Translations under genes and position numbers: made by a program
From: Phoronis australis
Lineage: Eukaryota > Animalia > Phoronida
Length of the DNA: 64,000 nt
NCBI GenBank assembly: GCA_002633005.1
Contig: NMRA01000158.1
Span: 684,433 to 748,432 of the forward strand
Direction: 5' to 3'
The notes under the pieces: generated by a model
Databases searched by the model: none
The model's input: only the letters and a program-made list of their open reading frames with translations
Told to the model about the DNA's origin: nothing
Shown here: one piece after another, positions 44,001-56,587 of the stretch
How the letters are laid out: every line of letters starts with the position of its first letter
Numbering within the stretch: position 1 is the first letter of the stretch

Positions 44001-47000
44001 TCCTCTGACGAAGCATTCACGGTCCGAACAAAACCGTCTTACTCCATTCCTTCACTAGCCCATTTCCGGGTATCAGAATAAAAGTAAAAGTTCCTTGATC
44101 ACGAGTCAAATTAATTACAAAATGGAAATTGGTATGCATTCACTTGAACAGTACAGGTAGCTTGGAATCAGTTGATCTGTCAGGTCGCCACGCCTCTTTG
44201 ACCTAATTCACTGGTACACCCCAATGACCACTTAACTCATTCAGGTGGAGATAAACGCTGTTGGTTTATCACCTCCAAGGCATCTAATGGGAAGTTTACT
44301 TAGAATGAATTTATTATCTGTGATAAATCAACCACTTGGTAATTTATAAAACCACTCAATAAGGGGTATGCGCTGGCATGCATAATTTATACACACTGCT
44401 GAGACATCAGGGATTACTGGCTTCCCTACCTTCATTGTACACAAGCACGCGTACACATACACACACACACATACATACACGCATACATACATATACATAC
44501 ATACAGGATATGCAGACAGAAGCTTATGGGGTCACCTACAGTCATACATAAAACCTGACGAAGGTGACGATTTATAGGGATATGCAGACAGAAGCTTATG
44601 GGGTCATCTACAGTCATGCATAAAACCTGACGATTTATAAGGATAAATCCAAGGACAAGACTAGCAACCTTTCAATCACCAATAACACTGCTATTTGTCT
44701 AAATTCTACACATTCACAAGTTAGCCAGTGTACTAAAAACCTGCTATCTGGCTATATTGTTGCTTGGCTAAATCGCTAGATTAGCCAGCCCGACAGTCAT
44801 AGACAAGGTCTGGCTTAATTGAAGAATCCTTCGATTTTTTGCAATTTAAAGTCTTCAATTAAAGCAAATATTCAGAAATCTCTTGCTGAGTGTAACAAAC
44901 ACTCCTAGCTGTCAAAAGCATTGGCACAGTCCACCAGCACCCTGAACAGTCTCACACAAAATCATCAGAATAGAGAGAGTATAACCCGTTTTTCTGGGTC
45001 TTTTAGTACTGTAATGCCCTCCCGGTCTTATATGCCATTGGAAGCCCTAAATAGATGTCAGTGTTTTCCATTGGATCGAACATACCTCCCAGAACAAGAG
45101 ATGTGGACTTGGGTATAATTTGTCACACAGCTGGGACCGAGAGTTACCAAAGATTTCCGACCATCTCCAACAGATGTCACACAGGCTTGATCAAGACAAC
45201 AGTGGCAGACGAAACATTACTGATTATTTTGAAGCAAATCCAGCATAGATTCATAATTTTCCCTGCTTTGGTATAACACTGCATCATCTAACATTGACCG
45301 AGAGAGTGCCAGTTATTTTGTCTGATGTACACTCGTGCCAAGTTTCAATTCACCAAGTCTGACACTACTTACAAGTGAGTACTGTAAAATCTCACCAATT
45401 TAGAACACAATATGGCAAACAGGTAAAATTTCATCTTCCCATAGGCACACAAAAGATATGTAGGACCAAATTAATACTTCAACATGTCCCAAATTCCGGA
45501 CATAAGCAACCATCAGACAATATTTTTAAAAGTGTGGAGATTCACCACCACCTTAGAAGCCCTTCCAAACTTTTTCCCGAAGTGTTGGAATGTTTGGCGA
45601 ACAAAATTACAAATTGAATGGTTTTCGGAAAAAAAGCCAATGAGATTAAGTGGGAATCGCAGGTCAATGTTACTGATTCACCCATATGATGGAGAGAAGT
45701 GTATACCTCTCCCTTTAATTTTACTTGTGACACAAGCTTTAAATGGTTCCTTCCAAATATGGTTCCTTCATAACATTGTGGCAACAAATATATTTCTTGT
45801 CAGAATTGGTTTCAAGCAATCAGATCTCTGAACATTTTGTAAAAAAAGCCATACAATATGACCATCTATAATGCGTCCAATGATTTCTGGTCAGCAATCA
45901 GTCATTGGTTATCTGCTTAAACACAATCTTTATGTATTCTGTGGTCTACACATGTTTTCATTGGCAAATCACAAATGACAAATTAAAGGTTCCGGTGCTA
46001 TAAATTTAGGTTTTCAGTATATTTTTTAGTCCTGCAGAGAATTTAATACTTGAATAGAAAATGTATGTCCTCGAATTTTTTTCCGCTTTGGCTTTTCATA
46101 TTCCCAGCATATTTGAAGGCCTTCATGTCGTTGATTTCTCTTGATTTTGTAAAAGATGTGGTCTGATGAGAAGACCCACTTGCAAACCTGTGACAACTGA
46201 CAGTACATCAGTCGCCAGTGCATTAACATCAGTGCTCATTGCTGACGACACTGAGATCTGAGACAGGCACATCGAGCCATTTGTTCCATCTCCAGACCGA
46301 ACTGTATTCGCTGGCTTCTAACACGCGAATAATAACTTATAGAACAACATAAAACTTAGAGCATAAAACTTATCTGTACTAGTGCCGTTACAGCGATAGT
46401 TTTGAATTAGGTCAGTAGGGTAAGATGGAAATCGTGGAATATGACAAGAATCACACGAGCGCTCGCCAATTGCAGAAATTTATGTGGAATGAAATTGCGT
46501 ATTTTTTACCGCGAAGCTGTTTCTCGAGAAAGCACACCTTCTAAAGCATCGTAGTATAAACAGCAGCTCTGGCACTCAACTTTATATCACCAGGATCTAA
46601 TGCGGACAAAAAACAAGTCATCAAAAACATTTCCTAGAAAAACAACTCCTCAGCAACTTCCACTGTTTCATAAGCACACATATTTTGTTTCATATGCGGA
46701 GAATTATGTTATCAAATATACCTTCGGTCCACGCAACTCTGGTTTAAATAAAGATACTCACAAGTTTTCTATACAAAACATTGTTGCGGGGTCCTGTGAC
46801 TGCAATGCATGGCCTGGCCGTCATAGTTTGCCAGGTACTAAGCCGTAGCTTAGTTGTTGACCCGGTAAGCGTAAAAAGTCCAGGTTAATGTCTGAACCCA
46901 TAACACACACCAAAAAAACCGTATCCACACACCCAGTAGTCGGGAATTTTAATGACATTTCACCATACAGGCAGGCGTTCTTTCACCTGACTAGACAAAT

Positions 47001-48420
47001 CCAAAGTAACAGTGCCTCTTTGATCGTATTTCCACTGGTGCTATGTCTCGTAAGCTCACGCTGACTAAGTGTGCTTCTGATCAAGCTGTAAGGAATGTGA
47101 ACATACTCCATTTCCACATCTCACTGTGAGACTCACTTAGATTTAAGGAAGGGACACTAAGAATTTATGTCCATGAATTGGAAGGATTATTTCAAGGCGT
47201 TAGTAGTATTGATTTTATAAACTCCAGGCATAACACTGACGTTTGACCTAATCAAAAAAAACACACAAACATGTCTGTGGAAATCAGTTATCTTTGAATG
47301 TATTTTCTAGTTCACGGTGAAATGAAGTCCACAATTGGGACAGGCAGTGCTGTTAGCAAAATCTACAGGCATAGGAAACATGGTTACAAGTCAAAACATA
47401 ATTAGTGTGTGGTATTTCGTCACCAATTTAGCACACAGTATGACAATTCACTCATTTCACACAAAAATAATTGCCAAAATTGTGTAATTTTTCTGTTTTT
47501 CAAAGGTTGTTTACTTTGCTGCAATTATTAAAAACTTAAACGTTTTATATCTGCACACTACCAAAGTTGCAACAGACTGAAATTTCCTTAATATTCGTTT
47601 TTAAGAAATTTGATAAAATTAAAAATTTACTTGTCTGCCATACTGTGTGTTAAATACATAAAGAATTACCACATTGCAGACAAGTGTAAACTCACTTCCA
47701 CAAATTTCTCAACAAAAAGGAAGATAAAGCAAGTTTTAGTCTACTACTGGTATTGTTTCTATTGCATTGTAGAGATGTCATAAAGCAACATGTAGCAACG
47801 TTTCTATTATTTCCATCATGGTGATAATCAGCTTTTGGAAAATAGAAATATGACATTTTTGACAATTACTTTTGTGAGAATTAACACAAGAATCACACTA
47901 AACAATATCTATGGGTCTAAATTAACTGTTAGCTACCTGGAGGGACACTTCTGCAGCACATAACAATTATGGTGGTTAATAACAGTTGTCACCTGATATT
48001 AAATACCACAGTGGGACATTTGGACCAAGGAGAGCAGGCGGCTAATTACCACAAGTTACACATGAACGCATACTGTGAATGACGGGAGTTCACATATTTC
48101 CCACAGTCCAGAAAGATACATATTCACATGAAAAAGTCGTTAAGGGACCAAAAGATTTTAAGAATTTTTATGCATGGGTGAAAAAATACTTCGGATTTAC
48201 TAGGTTTCAGTTTTACCAACTGAAGGCAGTTGCTAAGTGGACTCAAACTTCCATAATTGAAGTGTAGGATCGGTGATTAGGACAGTGGCGAGTGGGAGAC
48301 ACTGACAGGTGAAATTCCTCAAAAATGACTGAAGTGACGGGTCTAAACTGATTAACGTTTTATTTGCAAAGTCCAAATGAACTTGAGTTTGCAAACAAAA
48401 GTTTGTAGTGTAGATGGGTC

Positions 48421-48492
48421 GGCAAACGCGATCAAAAAGTTTGAGGCAAACGCTATCAAAAAGTTTGAGGCAAACGCTATCAAAAAGTTTGA
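48421..48492. repeat. 24-bp tandem repeat, 3 copies
   Basis: GGCAAACGCTATCAAAAAGTTTGA three times, one mismatch. Confidence 0.9.
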
Positions 48493-49149
48493 TAGTTTTT
48501 TATTAGTGCAAGTCTGGCAGAGTTACGGTAAAATCTCACCAATTTCGAACAAAATGCCAAAACTGCATTTTTCACATTTTTCACGGTCTTCTTTTATTGT
48601 TGTAAGGGCCCACTTGAGGAGGTGGTTTTCAACTTAATTTTAGTCTTAACCCACACATACCTCTTAAGCGTAAACAAGCGATCGAACTGTATCGATTCAG
48701 ATTGGGGAAGAGCACACATGTAGATATTGGTTTCTGTGTCTGATAGTTTGTCCATGATCCCATACCAGTGATACACGTTTGACATTCTCCAACAATTATT
48801 ATGGCTAAACAACACTGAAGCAGCAACTGTCACTATGAGATTCACGAAAAGGTAAAAACTTAAGAAAACTATAAACAAAATCGTCAAAACCATAAATATC
48901 TTATTATGATATCTACGTTCAAAAAATCCAAATACCAGTCATTTTATAGAGGAAGTTCTTGACAGGAAGAGAAGTGCCCATCCACAGGATTCTTCTAGCA
49001 GACCACGTAGCGTCAAAACTCACACGATCTTGGTAATAAATGTAATAAATCGCCCATGTAGTGCAAAAGCGGAGACATATAGTGACTTGAGCCCACATAT
49101 ATATCTCGACTTAAATTGAGTTAAGTGTAAACAGGTTGTGAAATAATAA

Positions 49150-49460
49150 TATTAATCATTCTACTCTGCTACAATCCAAGTGAATAATGTAAAGGACAAT
49201 CAAATATATAACACAGGCCATCTTCAATAGAGATTACTAGGGTACATGCACTTAACCTTTTACAAACAGGAGTAGGTATGTGGACAACGACCAGTTTACA
49301 AATGAAATATAAGGCAAGAGTTCCAGTCCTAAGCTGGGCTAGGAGGGAATGTGCAGGAGCCAGCACAGAAACAAACTTGGGTTTAGTTATTTTAGATTAC
49401 GTCCGTTCATTCTTTGATTGTTCAAATAGTTTCTTTCTCACATTATCTACATCACAAAAA
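49150..49460 (-). mobile_element. Non-LTR retrotransposon ORF2 C-terminal relic
   Basis: SLLAQLRTGTL.L...P...RL..C....IED...IFDCPL resembles the LAQLR.G...R.C..C...EDE.H....C zinc-knuckle tail of LINEs. Confidence 0.55.
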
Positions 49461-51064
49461 CTTGAATTATGAAAACAAGACGGAACAGGGCCATCCTGGA
49501 TTACATAGCGATACGCTATATTTACCCACAATGCCGCAATATCTATCAAGCACTTTTATATTATGCGCCAGTGGAGTTCCACATCTTCTTTGTTGTTGTA
49601 ATCTTTACAAGTTTTTCTTTGCTGCTGCAAGTACTCTATTTGTCATTCCAATGGCAAGGAAGTATTACTGCTGGGGCGTGGGCTGTAACTCCACGGGAGA
49701 AAGTTGTATAAACTTGGCAACGCCATGGATGCGTGACGTTATATTCTTTACCTTCACAACATCAAATCAAAGACAAGAAAAAGAAGAGCAAGTGGATTAA
49801 GCAAGTTTGTCGGGTTAATTTTGAACCGAACAGAATCCCCTTTTTTGAAGCCACCTTATCTATTCTGATAATTTTAAACGCTATAAACTTCGGCCATTTA
49901 CACCATGACCTGTGAAGATATATCTGACCTTCTAAAATGAGGCACGGAAAACAATGCGCTTTCTTACCTCCAGCAAAAAGGCGAGTTCTATCGCTGTGTA
50001 ATTGTGTAATCTGGGATGGCCCTTTATAAATATCACTATGGACTTTTTAACATTAAATGTCCAACCCTGCCCTTTCTAATAACATATTAATTCCACAAAC
50101 ATAATATCCTTTTCGTAATTCATTTCTCAGTTATTCCCAAAGTTGTATCCTACTGAATTTCCATCCATGGTTTATCTGTAGAATCCCATCTCCTGTATTC
50201 ACAAAAAATGTGAATAGGTATAAATCTGTTTACCCTTAAATAAAAACGCGTGGCTTTGCTTTGAATATTTTCAAAATGAACATAACATTTGTAACCTCAC
50301 ACAACAGAGGCACAATCTGAAGTTGGTGCTATACAAGAATCAAACGTTTTAAAAGTTAGACAACCCATGTTATTATCAAAGCGAAAAATGCTCGTTCTTA
50401 AGCTTCGGCCATTGCGGTTACGTTTTCTTTAAAATAGAGATATTCGTAAAGAATAACTCCAAGTATCTATATGATACTCAGTATTTGATTACTGAATTCC
50501 CAAATTTAAGAATGACAAAACTTTTTCAGTATGATTGGTTCTGATGTGAACAACATACGTTTTAGGTAAGTTGACATACCATTTTCTATTATAGTAACAA
50601 GCTCTTTTAAAAATTAAGCAAATCTTGCAGATTTTTCTCACTTTCAGATAGGAGAACAACGTCATCCTCATAGAGCAAAACGCATTTAATCTTTAATCGG
50701 CCAACTTTACACCCCTATCTAATTCGTTGATGTCTTTAACTAGCTCAGTGTAGGTGATAAATAATCTCCCTTGATGACCACCACTTTCACAGTTAAACAA
50801 GTCAGTGAAATACCTATCATTTAGTACAATACAGCTTGCAGGGGGGTTCATTATAAATCATTTTAATTGTACAATACACAGCTGGTACCCGTTTTGCGCA
50901 GAAACTAACATACCAGATTTTCTGGTTGTACGAAAACAAGCCAGCGCATTTGCTAGAAAATCTTTTATCCATAAAGAAACAAGAAATACAGGTGAGACAA
51001 TACTGAAAATAACGTAACAAAATATCAAATATCAAAGCTGGATACTACAATGGAAAAATCCCAG

Positions 51065-51262
51065 GAAAGAAACCAAGGTGAAAGGGAAACCCCAAGGGAG
51101 ACACCAAGGGGAAAGGGAAACCCCATGGGAGACACCAAGAAGAAAGGGAAACCCCATAGGAGACACCAATGTGACATGGAAATCCCAATGGAGAAATTAA
51201 GTGACACCAAGGTGAAAGGGAAAGTCCATGAGGGACACCAAGGAGAAGGGAGACACCAAGAT
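51065..51262. repeat. Degenerate ~31-bp purine-rich minisatellite
   Basis: Repeated GAAAGGGAAACCCCA.GGGAGACACCAAG units. Confidence 0.75.
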
Positions 51263-51401
51263 GAAAGCACAACACCCAGAGCGAAAGAGACATTTTTGCA
51301 AAAATGTCACACCTCAGAAAGCAGCATGCTCCTCCAAAGAGACAAACCAGCAACAAGCAATCAACCAGCTCCCTGTAAAAACACGTATTACCACAACTTA
51401 C

Positions 51402-51746
51402 AGACTCAGCTTTCTCCCACCGAATCACACTGGGCAAAGAATCCTCTTTCATCTTTAATTGCTCGTTTTCCTTCAAAGCTTTCACGTGTGCTAGTATCTT
51501 TTCCCGATTCCACAGACTTCTCCGTTTTTTACCATGGCTGCATTCATTTACCTCCATCTCCCTCCTCTTGACATCAATCAGCTGAACTTTCCGTAAACGT
51601 TCTAGAATTAGCTCACGGTTCCAGTGACTGGAGTGGCCAGTGTCCTCCCCATTATCAGCCTCCTCGCTCAGAGACTCACGGTGCAGTTTCTTCAGTATAC
51701 TGTTACGCTGCCAATCTACAGAGTTGCGGACCCTCCGAGTGCCCAT
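51402..51746 (-). CDS. TJP1: Candidate alternative first coding exon, 115 aa (MGTRRVRNSVDWQRNSILKKL...WEKAES)
   Basis: Protein-like ORF portion ends exactly at TCT|gtaagt (phase 0, compatible with the PDZ1 exon); the ORF beyond the donor is low-complexity repeat sequence. Confidence 0.6.
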
Positions 51747-53130
51747 TATTACGACAACAACCCACAGCTATCATACCACATGCTGTAAACCATACCTAGC
51801 TAAATCAGGGTAGCACACCTTCTGCATGTTGCTAGGAAAAACACGGATAAATATCAGGTAAATAGACCAGCATCTTTGACTGAATATCGTCGAATCCCCC
51901 AAAAGCATGTGTTGCGTTAAGAAATCAATATGATGACAATGGAAACAGTAAAGCAGGAAACCATTAAGAAAAGCTAATATCTGGTAAAAGCCAATTTAGC
52001 TTTAGATGTTAGACTCTGCAGTCTGCTGAATGGAAAAAATAAATTTCCCACTTAATCCTTCACTGTACATACTCATTTTCATTGCAGAGAAAGTCTAAGC
52101 CAGCCAATCCTATTTATAATTACACATCTGTTACAAAAAAGCAGTCCCTGAGAAATTCCTTAACACCTTTTTACAACCCTAGGGAATGTTTTAAAAAGGG
52201 ATACACAAGTTTTTACAGTGCGTTTGTGCCAAGTAAAACAGAACTAATGCAGTAATTACCCTGGCACCTAGCTGTAACAGCTTGTACACCATGCTTTCAA
52301 ATAAGTAACCATATTATCACATACGGTTCCGTACCAGCATTTGCTTCATTAGGCTACCTTAGCAATGAGGCGTCAGCAAAAATTGTAATTAAGAGCAAAA
52401 AACCTGTGTCAAAGGATTCTGTGTTTTGTGATAATGAAAGCCGAGTGATGAATTACAACTGAGCTACATCACAGCTAATTGGACAGAAATTAATGTCAAA
52501 CCTGCTGTTTGTGATAGTTCAAGGGCCTCTAACAATGATGGTAATATCACCAGCCAGATTTTTAACTGTTGTCTAGAGGAAGCTATGGTAAAGCTACGTA
52601 TTTTCATTAAAAAATGAGGAAATTAGCACTCTAAGACCATCTTGTTGTGTCCAAGAGATGAAATTTTAACGTTGCGGTCCAGTTCCATCCAAAAGCATTT
52701 AAGTTGGGGCTTCATGGCATACTACTCTTTGGAGAATTTCATAAGTGGAAAAATGCCTAAAACACTCTAAGAGGAGGTCTAACAGTGTTGATGAATGCAT
52801 AATTTTCACAAGAGAACACAAGTTTAACTAACCAAAAGTCGTGGAAAACCATAAAAATGTATGAAACATCAAGAACTGCTTTTATAACAGCTTGAAGGAA
52901 CAATCAAAGGACAGGAAAAATCATTGTGATCCAGAGCCATTGGCTCACACTCCATCTCAACCACTCACAGACAGACTTTTGTACAGTCCATAAAAACAAA
53001 ACGCAGCATATCACATAACAACAGGTAGATACGGTATGACAGTAAACCATCTGCCCATGGGAATTAGCATGCCACTCGAGCATCCACGGATGCAAAATTC
53101 AAACAAACGTATGAAAAATCTCACACTTAC

Positions 53131-53358
53131 TTTTCTAAGTCGTCTCCTGTTTTGGCTAACATTCCTGCGAGCCCGAGAATACGGCAGGACAGTCATTGAG
53201 CCGCCAATCCGTTGACTGTGTAGATCTAGATGGGGGCCAGGCCCAAAACGAGGCAAAGACGAGGTCGAATTGGCTCGACTTCGGCGGGAATTGTTATAAT
53301 GGTAGTCGAAATGTTGTGGAGGGAGGTAGGATTGTGGTGCGTCATATCGCTCATACAT
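53131..53358 (-). CDS. TJP1: Candidate alternative first coding exon, 76 aa (MYERYDAPQSYLPPQHFDY...RRRLRK)
   Basis: aaaATG start, GC-rich open frame, AAA|gtaagt phase-0 donor. Confidence 0.62.
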
Positions 53359-53587
53359 TTTGATTTCCCCCTGAATCAACAAGTTAAGGGTTGCCTGTCA
53401 CTCTGAGTTTCTCTCTCCTGATGGCAACTAACGAAATTCCTCTAGCAAGTTTTCAACAGAATAGCAAGGTCATTGACAGAGAGGGTACGATTCTCCAACT
53501 CTCCGCCAACCAAACAACCCTGCGCTTTGCCTGAGACCAGTCATAACCTGTGATACATGGATTCCTAGTATGATGGATGACACATGT

Positions 53588-56587
53588 GCAAGATATCAGT
53601 TACAAGGCCAAGAACAAGCAGGTCTCTGGCCATCCAGAGATTATGCACATCACAAACTTGTTAAAACCAAGCTAAGTCCTGTGTTCTACCGTCCACCATA
53701 AGAAGCACAAAACCACAAATTGAAAGGAGTAATCTGGAGACGAAGAGCCAAGCTTCCCAATAAGTGTCATACAGGTCAGATGCTCCGCCACTAAATCCCA
53801 AGATTCCCGTAGGTTCCAGCATATAATCCAACAGCAATAGTAACTGCAGGAAAACCCTCCACAACTGAAGTTGCCAGATGCCAGTAAAACTAACAGGCAA
53901 TTTCACCCGCCAAAAGTCAAGGAATAAGATAGTCAGAATCCGCACTCTGGCTGAGGTTTGAGCATGGAGCCAGAGTGCTGCCAAGGCTGTTGGAAAAATG
54001 AGGACAGCTGAGTTAACGAGCATTTATCCCTGGCCAGGGATGGAAGGTTGTATTCAACTCAAACTATACAAGCACAGGCAACCATGACTGACTAGACTAC
54101 ACCAAGGAATGTGGGCACTTTCCTGTTTCCAACAATTCCAATCTGTTACCAAACACATAGACCTTGCCGTTGGACAAAATAACACCTATTTAATGGTAGA
54201 TTCCCCTCTGTGGTCATGGCTAAGTGAACTAGGCCAAGACCAAAATGCCTCAAGAACAAACCATGACAGATGGGCATAATTTAAATGCCAACTGCAGGTT
54301 ATCAGTCACCACCAAAACATCAAATGGTAAAGGTGCACATGACATTGCCACAGGAAAAGTCATTTTGTCAGTGCATCCCACACCCCGAACAGTACATATG
54401 AAGAACTTGTTAACAATAAAATTTTTACAATGCAGTGTTACACTAAAGTGATAAGTACAGGCCTACAGAGCAAACCATGGCAACAAACAAAACATTATTT
54501 TTATTAAGTTTGTTAAAAAATTTGATCATGCAAATATTTTAGCATAGCAAATGTGAAACAGGTGGACAAATTCTTGGCAGTTCACACCCCTTGTTTACCA
54601 TTGCGTCATTACCCCTCCCTGTTCTAGGAACCTATTACTCACCTTCTTCTAGCAAATCAACCGTCACTAGTAAGAAAAACTTGTTACAACTATTTTATAG
54701 ACATAGGCAAATCGCAAAATTATAGTTGACATTTTTGAACACCAAATGCAATTTCATGCAAAATTAGTCGGTCGCTTGTATAAAATATATTTATGACTGA
54801 AGGCAAACTGATATCAATAACTATTATGTTCAACGGGCACAACCCCCCCCCCCGAGATCTTGCCACTCAATAATGCATTTTAGGCCATCTTATTTCAGGA
54901 CACAGACGCATAACATGTTTTGGGTATACTTTAGCTGTTTTTGCCACTAAGACGTGCATTTTTCTTACATGAAAAGTATAAAGTCACTTTTCCCAGATAA
55001 GTCTATAGCCAGCCTCAAGTACCTCGTCAAGATCTATTTCATGAGAGTGGCTCAAGATTTATAATAATAATAAAAATTTGGTGTCTCCCTCCCNAGCAAG
55101 ATATCAGTTACAAGGCCAAGAACAACCAGGTCTCTGGCCATCCAGAGATTATGCACATCACAAACTTGTTAAAACCAAGCTAAGTCCTGTGTTCTACCGT
55201 CCACCATAAGAAGCACAAAACCACAAATTGAAAGGAGTAATCTGGAGACGAAGAGCCAAGCTTCCCAATAAGGGTCATACAGGTCAGATGCTCCGCCACT
55301 AAATCCCTAGATTCCCGTAGGTTCCAGCATATAATCCAACAGCAATAGTAACTGCAGGAAAACCCTCCACAACTGAAGTTGCCAGATGCCAGTAAAACTA
55401 ACAGGCAATTTCACCCACCAAAAGTCAAGGAATGAGATAGTCAGAATCCGCACTCTGGCTGAGGTTTGAACATGGAGCCAGAGTGCTGCCAAGGCTGTTG
55501 GAAAAATGAGGACAGCTGAGTTAACGAGCATTTATCCCTGGCCAGGGATGGAAGGTTGTATTCAACTCAAACTATACAAGCAGAGGCAACCATGACTGAC
55601 TACACTACACCAAGGAATGTGGGCACTTTCCTGTTTCCAACAATTCCAATCGGTTACCAAACACATAGACCTTGCCGTTGGACAAAATAACACCTATTTA
55701 ATGGTAGATTCCCCTCCGTGGTCATGGCTAAGTGAACTAGGCCAAGACCAAAATGCCTCAAGAACAAACCATGACAGATGGGCATAATTTAAATGCCAAC
55801 TGCAGGTTATCAGTCACCACCATAACATCAAATGGTAAAGGTGCACATGACATTGCCACAGGAAAAGTCATTTTGTCAGTGCATCCCACACCCCGAACAG
55901 TACATATGAAGAACTTGTTAACAATAAAATTTTTACAATGCAGTGTTACACTAAAGTGATAAGTACAGGCCTACAGAGCAAACCATGGCAACAAATAAAA
56001 CATTATTTTTATTAAAAAATTTGATCATGCAAATATTTTAGCATAGCAAATGTGAAACAGGTGGACAAATTCTTGGCAGTTCACACCCCTTGTTTACCAT
56101 AGTGTCATTACCCCCTCCCTGTTCTAGGAACCTATTACTCACCTTCTTCTAGCAAGTCAATTGTCACTAGTAAGAAAAACTTGTTACAACTATTTTATAG
56201 ACATAGGCAAGTTGCAAAACAATAGCTGACATTTTTGAACACCAAATGCAATTTTATGCAAAATTAGTCGGTCGCTTGTATAAAATATATTTATGACTGA
56301 AGGCAAACTGATATCAATAACTATTATGTTCAACGGGCACAACCCCCCCCCCCGAGATCTTGCCACCCAATAATGCATTTTAGGCCATCTTTTTTCAGGA
56401 CACAGACGCATAACATGTTTTGGGTATATTTTAGCTATTTTTAAGACGTGCATTTTTCTTACATGAAAAGTATGAAGTCACTTTTCCCAGATAAGTCTAT
56501 AGCCAGCCTCAAGTACCTCGTCAAGATCTGTTTCATGAGAGTGGCTCAAGATTTATAATAATGATAAAAATTTGGTGTCTCCCTCCC
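53588..56587. repeat. ~1.5-kb tandem duplication (53588-55093 and 55096-56587) joined at a single N
   Basis: Near-identical copies with scattered SNPs and indels; N at 55094. Confidence 0.92.

Noticed and set aside
51050-51571. 173-aa plus-strand ORF
   Set aside because: Composed of a purine-rich minisatellite plus the antisense of the candidate first exon.
53661-54023. 120-aa hydrophobic ORF
   Set aside because: The duplicate copy has a premature stop and there is no recognisable family; more likely non-coding or leader sequence.
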